Shown here: one piece after another, positions 1 to 7,683 of the stretch
How the letters are laid out: each line of letters begins with the position of its first letter
How positions within the stretch are numbered: position 1 is the stretch's first letter
DNA from: Minisyncoccota bacterium
GTDB lineage: Bacteria; Patescibacteriota; Minisyncoccia; UBA6257; 2-01-FULL-56-20
Direction of reading: 5' to 3'
Length of the DNA stretch: 64,000 bases
Assembly (NCBI GenBank): GCA_041664245.1
Contig: JBAYLC010000002.1
Coordinates: 11,593-75,592, forward strand
Position numbers and translations under genes: made by a program
Notes under the pieces: generated by a model
The model's input: the letters and a program-made list of their open reading frames with translations, nothing else
Told to the model about the DNA's origin: nothing
Databases searched by the model: none

Positions 1-64
1 CATCCTATTCTGTTTACTGATTGTAAAAATCTTGTAGAAGAACTAAATAAATTGGGAGTAAAAT

Positions 65-73
65 TGGTATAAT
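65..73 (+). promoter_or_regulatory. extended -10 promoter TGgTATAAT, 6 nt upstream of ATG at 80 (leaderless-type)
   Basis: sequence ttggtataat then 6 nt then atg. Confidence 0.5.
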
Positions 74-79
74 CAGAGC

Positions 80-553
80 ATGGAAAAAGAACAAATTTGC
101 TGTCCGGAGTTTGATCTGGCGCCGTGGGACGATAAGGTTTTGGAGTGGAGTAGTAAAAAATTTATCAAAGATAAAGTTTTCACTTTGTTTTACATGCCGA
201 TGAATTTCGGTTCGGTGATTGTGAGAATGAATAAGAAGGTGGAAAAAGCCGGAATGAAAGTTCCGGATTGGATGTGTTTGTCGGATCACACTTCGAAGTG
301 GAATATGGATTTGTATTTGGCGGTTGATGGCGATGTTCCGGATTCTGAAAACGTGACAATGAGTGGAAAGTTTTTAAGTAAAGTTTACGAAGGGGGTTTT
401 GGGGAGACCGGTAAATGGTGTAATGATTTTGCGAATTACGCTAAGGCCAAAGGAATGGAAGTTCAAAAGATGTATATGTGGTACACCACTTGCCCGAAGT
501 GCGCGAAAAAATACGGCAAAAATTATGTGGTGATTGTGGCCAAGGTCGGGTAA
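80..553 (+). CDS. hypothetical protein with C-terminal TCPKC (CxxC) motif
   Basis: 157-aa ORF directly behind a -10 element; no family confidently recognised. Confidence 0.5.
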   Translation: MEKEQICCPEFDLAPWDDKVLEWSSKKFIKDKVFTLFYMPMNFGSVIVRMNKKVEKAGMKVPDWMCLSDHTSKWNMDLYLAVDGDVPDSENVTMSGKFLSKVYEGGFGETGKWCNDFANYAKAKGMEVQKMYMWYTTCPKCAKKYGKNYVVIVAKVG

Positions 554-569
554 TTTAAAAAATAAAAAT

Positions 570-881
570 ATGCCAAAATTTTGTGAAGCGTGCGGGATGC
601 CGCTAAATAAAAAAGAAGATTTTGCCGGAGGCGACGAGAATTCTAAGTTTTGCCACTTTTGCGTTAACGCAGACGGCAGCGTGAAATCTTGCGAGGAAAT
701 TTTTGAGGGCGGGGTGCAATATTTTTTGGGGCAACTGGGAGATGACCGAATAACGGCAGAAAAGATGACCCGAAAAAATATGAGCAAGCAGCCGTATTGG
801 CAGGGGAAAGATTGTCCGGTTCTAAAGGGCGAGATGGCAACTGACGAAGAGTTTGCTGAGGTTTTAAAAAAATTAAATTAA
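570..881 (+). CDS. zinc-ribbon domain protein (CEAC...CHFC)
   Basis: MPKFCEACGMPL...SKFCHFC: two CxxC pairs typical of putative zinc-ribbon family; start chosen at internal ATG 570 rather than the overlapping ATG at 534. Confidence 0.55.
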   Translation: MPKFCEACGMPLNKKEDFAGGDENSKFCHFCVNADGSVKSCEEIFEGGVQYFLGQLGDDRITAEKMTRKNMSKQPYWQGKDCPVLKGEMATDEEFAEVLKKLN

Positions 882-890
882 ATAAAAAAT

Positions 891-1073
891 ATGTGCGGAA
901 AAGATTTTCATAAACAAGGCGGGGGAGCGATCTACGGCATGGGTTTTATCGGCGCGGCGATATATTTCATTTCGACCGCGGCCGGTTTCTGGATGGGCGT
1001 TTTGGGGATTTTGAAAGCGATAGTTTGGCCAGCCTTTTTGGTTTACGAAGCGTTGAAGTTTTTAGCTTTATAA
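891..1073 (+). CDS. small hydrophobic protein (2 predicted TM)
   Basis: 60-aa ORF, Gly/Ala-rich hydrophobic segments; abuts tspO start. Confidence 0.35.
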   Translation: MCGKDFHKQGGGAIYGMGFIGAAIYFISTAAGFWMGVLGILKAIVWPAFLVYEALKFLAL

Positions 1074-1469
1074 ATGGATACATCTGGTTGGTACCAAACT
1101 TTAATTAAGCCTTCGTGGGCGCCGCCGGCTTGGATTTTTGGGCCGGTGTGGACGGTGCTTTACGCGCTTATCGCTATTTCTTTTTGTTATGTCGGGTATT
1201 TATTTTTCAAGCGTAAAATTTCTCTGATTGTTCTTTTGCCGTTTATTTTGAATTTGGTTTTTAATTTTTCTTTTACCTATTTCCAATTTGGACTAAAAAA
1301 TAATTTTCTGGCGGCGATTGATATTCTGCTTGTTTTGGGCACGCTTATTTGGGCGATGGTTGCGATAAAACCCCACGCCAAGTGGGTGGCGCTAATGAAT
1401 ATTCCATATTTGCTTTGGGTGGGGTTCGCAACGGTACTGCAACTTACGGTAACTTACTTGAATTTATAG
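1074..1469 (+). CDS. tspO: TspO/MBR family tryptophan-rich sensory protein
   Basis: WYQTLIKPSWAPPAWIFGPVWTVLY is the classic TspO N-terminal motif; multi-TM. Confidence 0.8.
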   Translation: MDTSGWYQTLIKPSWAPPAWIFGPVWTVLYALIAISFCYVGYLFFKRKISLIVLLPFILNLVFNFSFTYFQFGLKNNFLAAIDILLVLGTLIWAMVAIKPHAKWVALMNIPYLLWVGFATVLQLTVTYLNL

Positions 1470-1506
1470 AAGTTTTTGGCGGCGTAGATTGAATTGCAGA
1501 AAAAAA

Positions 1507-1545
1507 CAAAACACGGAAAGAATCTTTCCGTGTTTTGTTTTAATG
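1507..1545. terminator. bidirectional intrinsic terminator
   Basis: perfect 13-bp stem aaaacacggaaag/ctttccgtgtttt, 3-nt loop, A-run upstream and T-run downstream; sits between convergent genes. Confidence 0.8.
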
Positions 1546-1579
1546 TTTCGGTTTTGAAATTAAACCCTCACAGTTTAAT

Positions 1580-2362
1580 TTAGAATCCGAACAAACGGCT
1601 AAAGAAATTTCCGATAGAGCCAAAGAAACCGGAATGTGATTTTGGGGTGTCGGATTTTTCGCTAGAAACGGCTGGCGGAATTCCGCTATCGATAATCGAA
1701 GAAGCGGTAATGGATGTGCCATTGATTGTGCCTTGGACCACGAGATTGTCGCCAACGACGACACTAGAAATTGTGGTCGTGGCGTTTTTCTTTACAATCG
1801 TGGCGTTCACAGCATTAACTGTATAAACGATATTGCTTTTATTGGTTACGGTTAAAGTCGTACCGCTTATAGCGCTCACACTGCCGCCGATTACTGGTTG
1901 GCCGTTTCCTTGGATCAATGGAGTTTTCGGCATTTTTGGCGATTTGTCGTTTTCTGGTTTTCCAGATCCGTCGCGGATAATGGTGGCAATTATGTTGGTG
2001 CCAGTTATTGTTCCTTGCGCCATGATGTTGTCGCCGACAGCGATACTAGAAACGGTGGAAGTGGTGTTGCCCTTAGTCACCTTGGCGTTTGAGGCATCAA
2101 CGGTGTAGGTGGTGGCGGTTCCGGCGCTACCATCTTTGTTCGATCGGGCTTTGCCGGTAATTGTTAGGGTTGAGCCATTGATAGCCGTAACAGTTCCGGA
2201 AATGCCGGGAACTTTAGGCATTTGGCCGTTTTTCCGGCCCATGCCCATCTCGAATCCAGGTTTTGGCGTTTGGTTCTGGTTTGTTTCGGCAAAAGCCGGA
2301 GTGATAAGAGCGAAACCGAGGAAAAGGGCGGCTATTGCTATTAACGAAGAATATTTTTTCAT
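1580..2362 (-). CDS. secreted repeat protein, DUF5666-like (two internal ~95-aa repeats)
   Basis: signal peptide MKKYSSLIAIAALFLGFALITPAFA; duplicated GTVTAINGSTLTITG...VGDN..QGTI motif. Confidence 0.6.
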   Translation of the reverse strand: MKKYSSLIAIAALFLGFALITPAFAETNQNQTPKPGFEMGMGRKNGQMPKVPGISGTVTAINGSTLTITGKARSNKDGSAGTATTYTVDASNAKVTKGNTTSTVSSIAVGDNIMAQGTITGTNIIATIIRDGSGKPENDKSPKMPKTPLIQGNGQPVIGGSVSAISGTTLTVTNKSNIVYTVNAVNATIVKKNATTTISSVVVGDNLVVQGTINGTSITASSIIDSGIPPAVSSEKSDTPKSHSGFFGSIGNFFSRLFGF

Positions 2363-2492
2363 AGATAAATTGAACATATTATTAGGGGACCGGCTCGACC
2401 AGGCCGATCTATATAGTATTACGCTTTGACTGGCTATTTAGTTGCATAGTTACGGATTACCTTGGTAGATTTGGTCAAGATGCGTTTTTTGT

Positions 2493-2501
2493 TGGTATAA
2501 T
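2493..2501 (+). promoter_or_regulatory. extended -10 promoter TGgTATAAT for mazG-like gene
   Basis: gttggtataatgaaagggaaaatATG; 12-nt leader. Confidence 0.5.
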
Positions 2502-2513
2502 GAAAGGGAAAAT

Positions 2514-2867
2514 ATGGATATATATAGTATTGAAGAACTAACTAGAAAGATTATTAATTTTCGAGATGCACGAGATTGGAAGCAATTTCATAATCCGAAA
2601 GACGTGGCGTTGTCGCTGGTTTTGGAAGCTGGTGAAGTAATGGAGCATTTTCAGTGGAAATCAAAGGAGGAAGTTGAGGTTTATGTGAAGGAACATAAGG
2701 ATGAAATAGGGGAGGAACTGGCCGATGTTTTGTACTGGGTTTTGCTTTTGTCCCACGATTTAGATATCGATCCGCTTGAAGCTTTGAATAAAAAAATAGA
2801 AAAGAATGAAAATAAATATCCAGTTGAAAAGGCAAAAGGTAGGCATACGAAATATACCGATCTGTAA
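2514..2867 (+). CDS. MazG-like nucleotide pyrophosphohydrolase (small all-alpha NTP-PPase)
   Basis: 117 aa; EAGEVMEHFQWK...EIGEELADVLYWVLLL matches the MazG/NTP-PPase EExxE/D helix signature. Confidence 0.7.
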   Translation: MDIYSIEELTRKIINFRDARDWKQFHNPKDVALSLVLEAGEVMEHFQWKSKEEVEVYVKEHKDEIGEELADVLYWVLLLSHDLDIDPLEALNKKIEKNENKYPVEKAKGRHTKYTDL

Positions 2868-2872
2868 AATAT

Positions 2873-4753
2873 ATGCGCTTATATTCCGGACCAGTAAGAG
2901 ATTTTATCGACGATGTCTTGAATAATCGGATTGGCGAAAAATTAAGTCGAGTCTTCGAGGATTATTATGGTCACCGCGTTGGTTATTCTGAACTGACTTC
3001 GTGGAATAATTCACTACGTTTTTTGAAAGATGTTATAGGTGAAAATCAGTTATTCGATAATGCGATTGCAATAGAGTATGAATTGCCTTATTCGACAAAA
3101 AGGATTGACGCAATACTTTTTGGTAAAAATAATTTTGGAATTTCTAATGTTGTGATTTTGGAGTTAAAGCAATGGTCAAGAGTGGAAGATTCGGAAATTG
3201 AAGACAATATAGTGACATTCACTGGGGGGGCTAATCGAATGGAGCCACACCCATCGTTACAGGTTCGTGGTTACCATTTTCTTCTAAGCGATTTTTTGAA
3301 GTTGTTCCAAGAAAAGGATACTGCGCTCTATTCATGTGTTTATTGTCATAATTATCAGCGAGAGGAAGGAGCAATTCTTTTTGAAAAAAAATTTGATCAC
3401 CTCACAAAAGATTTTCCTATTTTTGGCAAAAATGATTTTCGAGAAATTGGAGATTACCTAAAAAAAAGACTTTCAAACGGTGGGGGATTAGAAATCTTGA
3501 ATCGTTTTATTAATAGTCCTATTGGGCCATCAAAAAAATTACTTGAGCACACACGATCAACAATAGATGGGAACCCCGCTTTTAATTTAGTTGATGAACA
3601 GATAACTGCATATAACGCTATTGTTGATCGTATCAAAAAAGTAGCGAAACTTAAGAAAAAAACAGTTATTATTGTTCGTGGTGGACCTGGAACAGGCAAA
3701 TCAGTTATTGCTCTAAATGCATTAGCGGAAGTTTTATCAAAAGGCCAAAAAGTTTATCATGCAACTGGATCAGCGGCTTTCACATCAACTCTTCGGAGGC
3801 TTGTTGGCGTTCGTGCTGCTGCATTTTTTAAATATTTTAATAGTTTTACGAAAGCCAAGGAAAACGAAATAGATGTATTGATAATGGACGAGGCGCATCG
3901 CATAAGAAAAACTTCAAATTCGAGATATACAAAAAAGACTGAAAGAAGCGATACGCCGCAAATTGAAGAATTATTGAAGGTTGCTAAGATATGTGTTTTC
4001 TTTATTGATGATTTTCAAGCAGTACGACCGGATGAAATAGGGAGTTCGGGTTTAATTATTGAGTCGGCTAAAAAATTTGATTCCGATTTATATGATTTTG
4101 AGTTAAAAACGCAATTTCGTTGTTCTGGTTCTGACGGATATTTAAATTGGGTTGATGACATCTTAAATATTCGTTATACCGCTAATCATATTTTATCTTC
4201 AAACGAAAAAATGGATTTTCGTATTTTCGATTCTCCACATATATTATATGAAGCAATTAAATATAAAAATCTTGAGAAGCCTAATTCTGCGAGGATGGTG
4301 GCTGGGTTTTGTTGGCCCTGGAGTAACACAAAATCAGACGGCACGTTAGTGGAGGATGTTGTGATTGATGATTTTAAGATGACTTGGGAGGCAAAAAATG
4401 ATACTAGAAAAATTGCCTCTGGCGTTGTTCGAGCGAATGATTGGGCACGAGACCCAAACGGAGTCGATCAGATGGGTAGTATCTATACAATTCAAGGATT
4501 TGAGTTTGATTATGTTGGTGTTATTTTTGGTAAAGACCTTATATATGATTCAGAAAAAAAGATGTGGATTGGACAAAAATCAGAGTCGTGTGATTCGAAG
4601 GTTAAGAGAGAATCTAAAACAGAGGAAGAATTTACAAAATATATAAAAAATGTGTATAGGGTTCTTCTTACTAGAGGAATGAAGGGTTGCTATATGTATT
4701 TTTTAGATAAAGAAACTGAGAGATTTTTTAGAAGTAGAATAGAAGCGAAATAG
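2873..4753 (+). CDS. PD-(D/E)xK nuclease N-domain fused to DUF2075/Schlafen-like P-loop NTPase
   Basis: N-term IEYE...RIDAILF...VVILELKQW (E..D..ExK); central Walker A GGPGTGKS and Walker B LIMDEAH; C-terminal YTIQGFEFDYVGVI typical of DUF2075. Confidence 0.7.
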   Translation: MRLYSGPVRDFIDDVLNNRIGEKLSRVFEDYYGHRVGYSELTSWNNSLRFLKDVIGENQLFDNAIAIEYELPYSTKRIDAILFGKNNFGISNVVILELKQWSRVEDSEIEDNIVTFTGGANRMEPHPSLQVRGYHFLLSDFLKLFQEKDTALYSCVYCHNYQREEGAILFEKKFDHLTKDFPIFGKNDFREIGDYLKKRLSNGGGLEILNRFINSPIGPSKKLLEHTRSTIDGNPAFNLVDEQITAYNAIVDRIKKVAKLKKKTVIIVRGGPGTGKSVIALNALAEVLSKGQKVYHATGSAAFTSTLRRLVGVRAAAFFKYFNSFTKAKENEIDVLIMDEAHRIRKTSNSRYTKKTERSDTPQIEELLKVAKICVFFIDDFQAVRPDEIGSSGLIIESAKKFDSDLYDFELKTQFRCSGSDGYLNWVDDILNIRYTANHILSSNEKMDFRIFDSPHILYEAIKYKNLEKPNSARMVAGFCWPWSNTKSDGTLVEDVVIDDFKMTWEAKNDTRKIASGVVRANDWARDPNGVDQMGSIYTIQGFEFDYVGVIFGKDLIYDSEKKMWIGQKSESCDSKVKRESKTEEEFTKYIKNVYRVLLTRGMKGCYMYFLDKETERFFRSRIEAK

Positions 4754-4767
4754 ATCAGAAAAACAAA

Positions 4768-4798
4768 AAACCACCCCCGAAGCGGGGGTAGTTTTTGA
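4768..4798. terminator. bidirectional intrinsic terminator
   Basis: acccccg-aag-cgggggt hairpin flanked by A-run and T-run; between convergent genes. Confidence 0.7.
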
Positions 4799-4807
4799 AT
4801 CTGCGTT

Positions 4808-5005
4808 TTAGACGCGGGTTACGTTGGTGGCGCTGGGGCCTTTTTCTCCTTCCACAACTTCAAAGCTGACGGTGTCGCCGACTTTGAGTTCGTCGTAGGT
4901 CACTCCTTTTAACTCATTTGAGTGAAAGAAAAGATCCTTCGCTTCGCCTTCGCGGGAAATGAATCCAAATCCCTTTTCGGTTAGCGTTTTGATTGTTCCT
5001 GTCAT
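4808..5005 (-). CDS. cspA: cold-shock protein (CspA family)
   Basis: MTGTIKTLTEKGFGFISREGE...DLFFH: RNP1/RNP2 motifs. Confidence 0.9.
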   Translation of the reverse strand: MTGTIKTLTEKGFGFISREGEAKDLFFHSNELKGVTYDELKVGDTVSFEVVEGEKGPSATNVTRV

Positions 5006-5167
5006 TTTATTTTTTAATTGCTTTTTTCCAATAGAAACTCGACCCGATCTCTTTGTACCGTTACAACTTACAGTTTTCTAGGGGAGAAGTCAATTGAGAG
5101 GGGAAAGAATAGAGAATAAAGAATTATGAATAGTGATTTCTGGCCGTTATTTTTGTAGAATAGGAAA

Positions 5168-6562
5168 ATGGCTGATCATTACGGGGAGAGGGAATTAAAA
5201 GAGCTGCCGAATCCGCCGCATTGGACCAAGACAATCGGCGTTGGGATTGTGACGATGGGACTGGCGATTGGAACTGGCGAGTTGATTATGTGGCCGCACT
5301 TGGTTACAAAATACGGTTTAGGCATACTTTGGACGGCGCTTTTGGGTTTAACATTTCAATACTTTATTAACCAAGAAGTTTCGCGGCACGCTTTGGCGAC
5401 GGGGGAGAGTTTTTTTACTTCTTCTTCGCGAATTTTTAAATGGTTCGCGCCTTTTTGGCTTTTGTCGGCGGTGTTGCTCTATGTTTGGCCGGGATGGGCG
5501 GCGGCGATTGGAACAACTCTAAAAGAACTTTTCGGTTTTGGAAGTTATCTTTGGTGGGCGGTGATTAGCCTTTTTGTGGTGGTGATTTTAACTTTTGTCG
5601 GAAAAGTGGCTTATACGATTTTAGAGAAAACTTTAAAGATCGTGGTACCGATATTTTTTGTCCTCTTGGTTATCTCCAGCACCTTTACTCTTACGTGGAA
5701 TGATTTACGAGAACTTTTAGGCGGAATTTTAAATTTTGGGCATCTGCCGACCGGTATCGACATGAAAGTTCTTTTGGGGGCGATAGTTTTTGCCGGCGCG
5801 GGCGGGCTTTTAAATCTGTGCGTTTCGCTTTGGTACCGGGATAAGCAAGTGGGAATGGCAAAGTATGTCGGCCGGATTATTAATCCGATTACCGGAAAAG
5901 TGGAGTCGGTTTCTTACAAGGGTTACTCGTTTGATGTTAATAAAGAAAATATGGGGCGGTGGAAGAAGTGGATGAAGTTTGTGCGGATTGACCAAGGAGT
6001 GATTTTTTGGTTTTTGGGTTTTATTACTTTAGCTTTGCTTAGCGTGAACGCCTACGCGGTTTTGAGGCCATTGAATTTGGTTCCGGAGGGATTAGCGGTG
6101 GCGGTGGTTCAGGCAAATATATTTGGGCAAAATTGGGGAGCGTTTGGATTTAATTTGTTTTTAATAATGGCATTCCTCATGTTGTTCTCGGTGATGTGGA
6201 CGGTGATCGATGCTTTTACCAGAATAGTTTCCGATATTATTTTTATAAATTCCCGGGTGGGGCCTTTTGCAAAGCATTTGGGGTTTTTCAAAAAAATGTC
6301 GCTTAGCCATTTGTACTACGGCTCGGTGCTGGCGGTGGTTTTTCTGGGGATTTTGCTTTTGCCCCTGAAGCAACCGCTGGCGCTGCTCACGATAAGCGCG
6401 GTTTTGGGCGGGCTCACGATGATGGTTTATATTCCGGTTTTAATATATCTAAACAATTTTAAGCTGAATAAACTTCTGCGGCCCGGCATTTTTACTAACG
6501 TAATGATGGGGCTGGCGTTTTTGTTTTATTTTTATTTCTGTTTTTATATTATTTTTCTTTAG
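5168..6562 (+). CDS. polytopic membrane transporter, distant Nramp-like
   Basis: 464 aa, ~11 TM; GLAIGTGELIMWP...KYGLGILW loosely resembles Nramp TM1 (AIGYIDPGN...FGYQLLW) but lacks DPGN and MPH motifs. Confidence 0.35.
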   Translation: MADHYGERELKELPNPPHWTKTIGVGIVTMGLAIGTGELIMWPHLVTKYGLGILWTALLGLTFQYFINQEVSRHALATGESFFTSSSRIFKWFAPFWLLSAVLLYVWPGWAAAIGTTLKELFGFGSYLWWAVISLFVVVILTFVGKVAYTILEKTLKIVVPIFFVLLVISSTFTLTWNDLRELLGGILNFGHLPTGIDMKVLLGAIVFAGAGGLLNLCVSLWYRDKQVGMAKYVGRIINPITGKVESVSYKGYSFDVNKENMGRWKKWMKFVRIDQGVIFWFLGFITLALLSVNAYAVLRPLNLVPEGLAVAVVQANIFGQNWGAFGFNLFLIMAFLMLFSVMWTVIDAFTRIVSDIIFINSRVGPFAKHLGFFKKMSLSHLYYGSVLAVVFLGILLLPLKQPLALLTISAVLGGLTMMVYIPVLIYLNNFKLNKLLRPGIFTNVMMGLAFLFYFYFCFYIIFL

Positions 6563-6585
6563 GGTGGAAATTTCCTTGACATGGT

Positions 6586-6594
6586 TGGTATAAT
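6586..6594 (+). promoter_or_regulatory. extended -10 promoter TGgTATAAT
   Basis: ttggtataat; the upstream TTGACA sits only 7 nt away, so it is probably not a functional -35. Confidence 0.45.
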
Positions 6595-6639
6595 GAAAAG
6601 GAAAGTAAGCGCTACTTAATTGAGGAAGGAGGTGGTTCT

Positions 6640-6699
6640 ATGCATTCCTGCAGGCGTTGGTTGATTCGACCGGTGGCTCATTGCACTGGTGGCTGCTAA
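6640..6699 (+). CDS. 19-aa Cys-containing peptide ORF (MHSCRRWLIRPVAHCTGGC); leader-peptide or small-protein candidate
   Basis: strong SD ggaaggaggtg 5-8 nt upstream of ATG; stop lies 5 nt before a terminator hairpin. Confidence 0.3.
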   Translation: MHSCRRWLIRPVAHCTGGC

Positions 6700-6703
6700 G
6701 TTT

Positions 6704-6738
6704 GGGTGGGGGATTAAGTTCTCCCGCCCCCTTTTTTA
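6704..6738 (+). terminator. intrinsic terminator or attenuator
   Basis: GC-rich imperfect hairpin gggtggggga...tcccgccccc followed by TTTTTT. Confidence 0.55.
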
Positions 6739-6835
6739 TTCAATTTGAACTAGTTTTCGCGGTGTTTGATTTTTTTTGCTGTTTTATTAGTATTATGCGT
6801 AGCGACCTATTTAAAGGAGAGGAGGTGAGAATTCC

Positions 6836-7048
6836 TTGAGTAGGATAAAAATCAGGTTTTCCGATGGGGATTTCCAGAAGTCTAGTCTCTCGAAGCATAG
6901 TAAAAAGCTGTGCGTTGAGGTTGCGATTAAGCCAGAGGCGGTTGGGGTTCGAGATTCAAAAGATCAAAGGAAGACCGTCTTGAAGTTCACGCGGGCAGAA
7001 TGGAAGGCTTTTGTCGCCGGCGTTAAGGCTGGAGAGTTTGACGTTTGA
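6836..7048 (+). CDS. DUF397 domain protein (TTG start)
   Basis: KSSLS...CVEVA...VGVRDSKD...LKFTRAEWKAFVAGVKAGEFDV matches the DUF397 consensus (W.KSS.S..CVEVA...VRDSKD...L.F...W..F..GVK.GEFD); SD aaaggagaggaggtg 8 nt upstream. Confidence 0.6.
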   Translation: MSRIKIRFSDGDFQKSSLSKHSKKLCVEVAIKPEAVGVRDSKDQRKTVLKFTRAEWKAFVAGVKAGEFDV

Positions 7049-7090
7049 TCCGCTTGGAATAGCGAACATCGAGAAAACTGATAATGCGGT

Positions 7091-7122
7091 GGGGTGGATC
7101 GTTATAGTCCACCCCTTTTTAT
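7091..7122 (+). terminator. intrinsic terminator
   Basis: perfect 8-bp stem ggggtgga/tccacccc plus TTTTT. Confidence 0.7.
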
Positions 7123-7312
7123 TCAATTTGGAGACCTGTTTACCCCGTTAGACCTTGAGAAATCTTCGTTTTAGATAAGGAGGGAGATTAAGAGTTCCAA
7201 AAATATAGACTGGGAGATTTTCGTTTTTAGGACCAAGATCTAACGGGGTTTACTCTAGGGGAGGAAATGTACTATAATACCTAGGTCGAAAATAAAGTCG
7301 CAAATTTCAAAA

Positions 7313-7570
7313 ATGCCAGGAAAAGCTAATTCGGCTTTCATGAAGCCGATGAATCTTAGCGAGGAATTGGAGGCGGTGGTCGGAAAGGGTCCAATGCCAA
7401 GGTCTGAAGTAGTAAAAGGGCTTTGGGTTTACATTAAGAAGCACGACCTTCAAGATCCTAAGAATAAGCGGAATATCAACGCTGACGAGAAGTTAAAGTT
7501 GGTGTTCGGCGGTAAAGCGACGGTTAATATGTTTGAAATGACGAAGCTCGTTTCAAAGCATCTTACCTAA
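7313..7570 (+). CDS. SWIB/MDM2 domain protein
   Basis: FMKPMNLSEELEAVVGKGPMPRSEVVKGLWVYIKKHDLQDPKNKRNINADEKLKLVFG closely matches bacterial SWIB proteins. Confidence 0.85.
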   Translation: MPGKANSAFMKPMNLSEELEAVVGKGPMPRSEVVKGLWVYIKKHDLQDPKNKRNINADEKLKLVFGGKATVNMFEMTKLVSKHLT

Positions 7571-7586
7571 GTAAATGTTTTAAAAA

Positions 7587-7617
7587 TCTCCCCCATAAGC
7601 GGGGGGAGGTTTTTAAT
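7587..7617 (+). terminator. intrinsic terminator
   Basis: tctccccc-ataagcg-ggggggag hairpin plus T-run. Confidence 0.65.
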
Positions 7618-7683
7618 TTGGAGATTGTTTTTGAAAATCGCCAAAAGGGCGGTTTTTTGATAGGCTTAGAAAACAAAACAACA

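Noticed and set aside
14-289. 91-aa ORF on the minus strand
   Set aside because: Lies antisense across the promoter and start of the 80-553 gene, is His/Phe-rich and has no SD; it looks like a chance ORF
1833-2429. Three plus-strand ORFs (91, 64 and 106 aa)
   Set aside because: They lie antisense to the well-supported secreted repeat protein (1580-2362). They reflect the repeat's codon periodicity and not real genes
6657-6839. 60-aa ORF MVDSTGG...
   Set aside because: Spans the terminator hairpin and T-run, is in a different frame from the SD-preceded 19-codon ORF, and has no SD of its own
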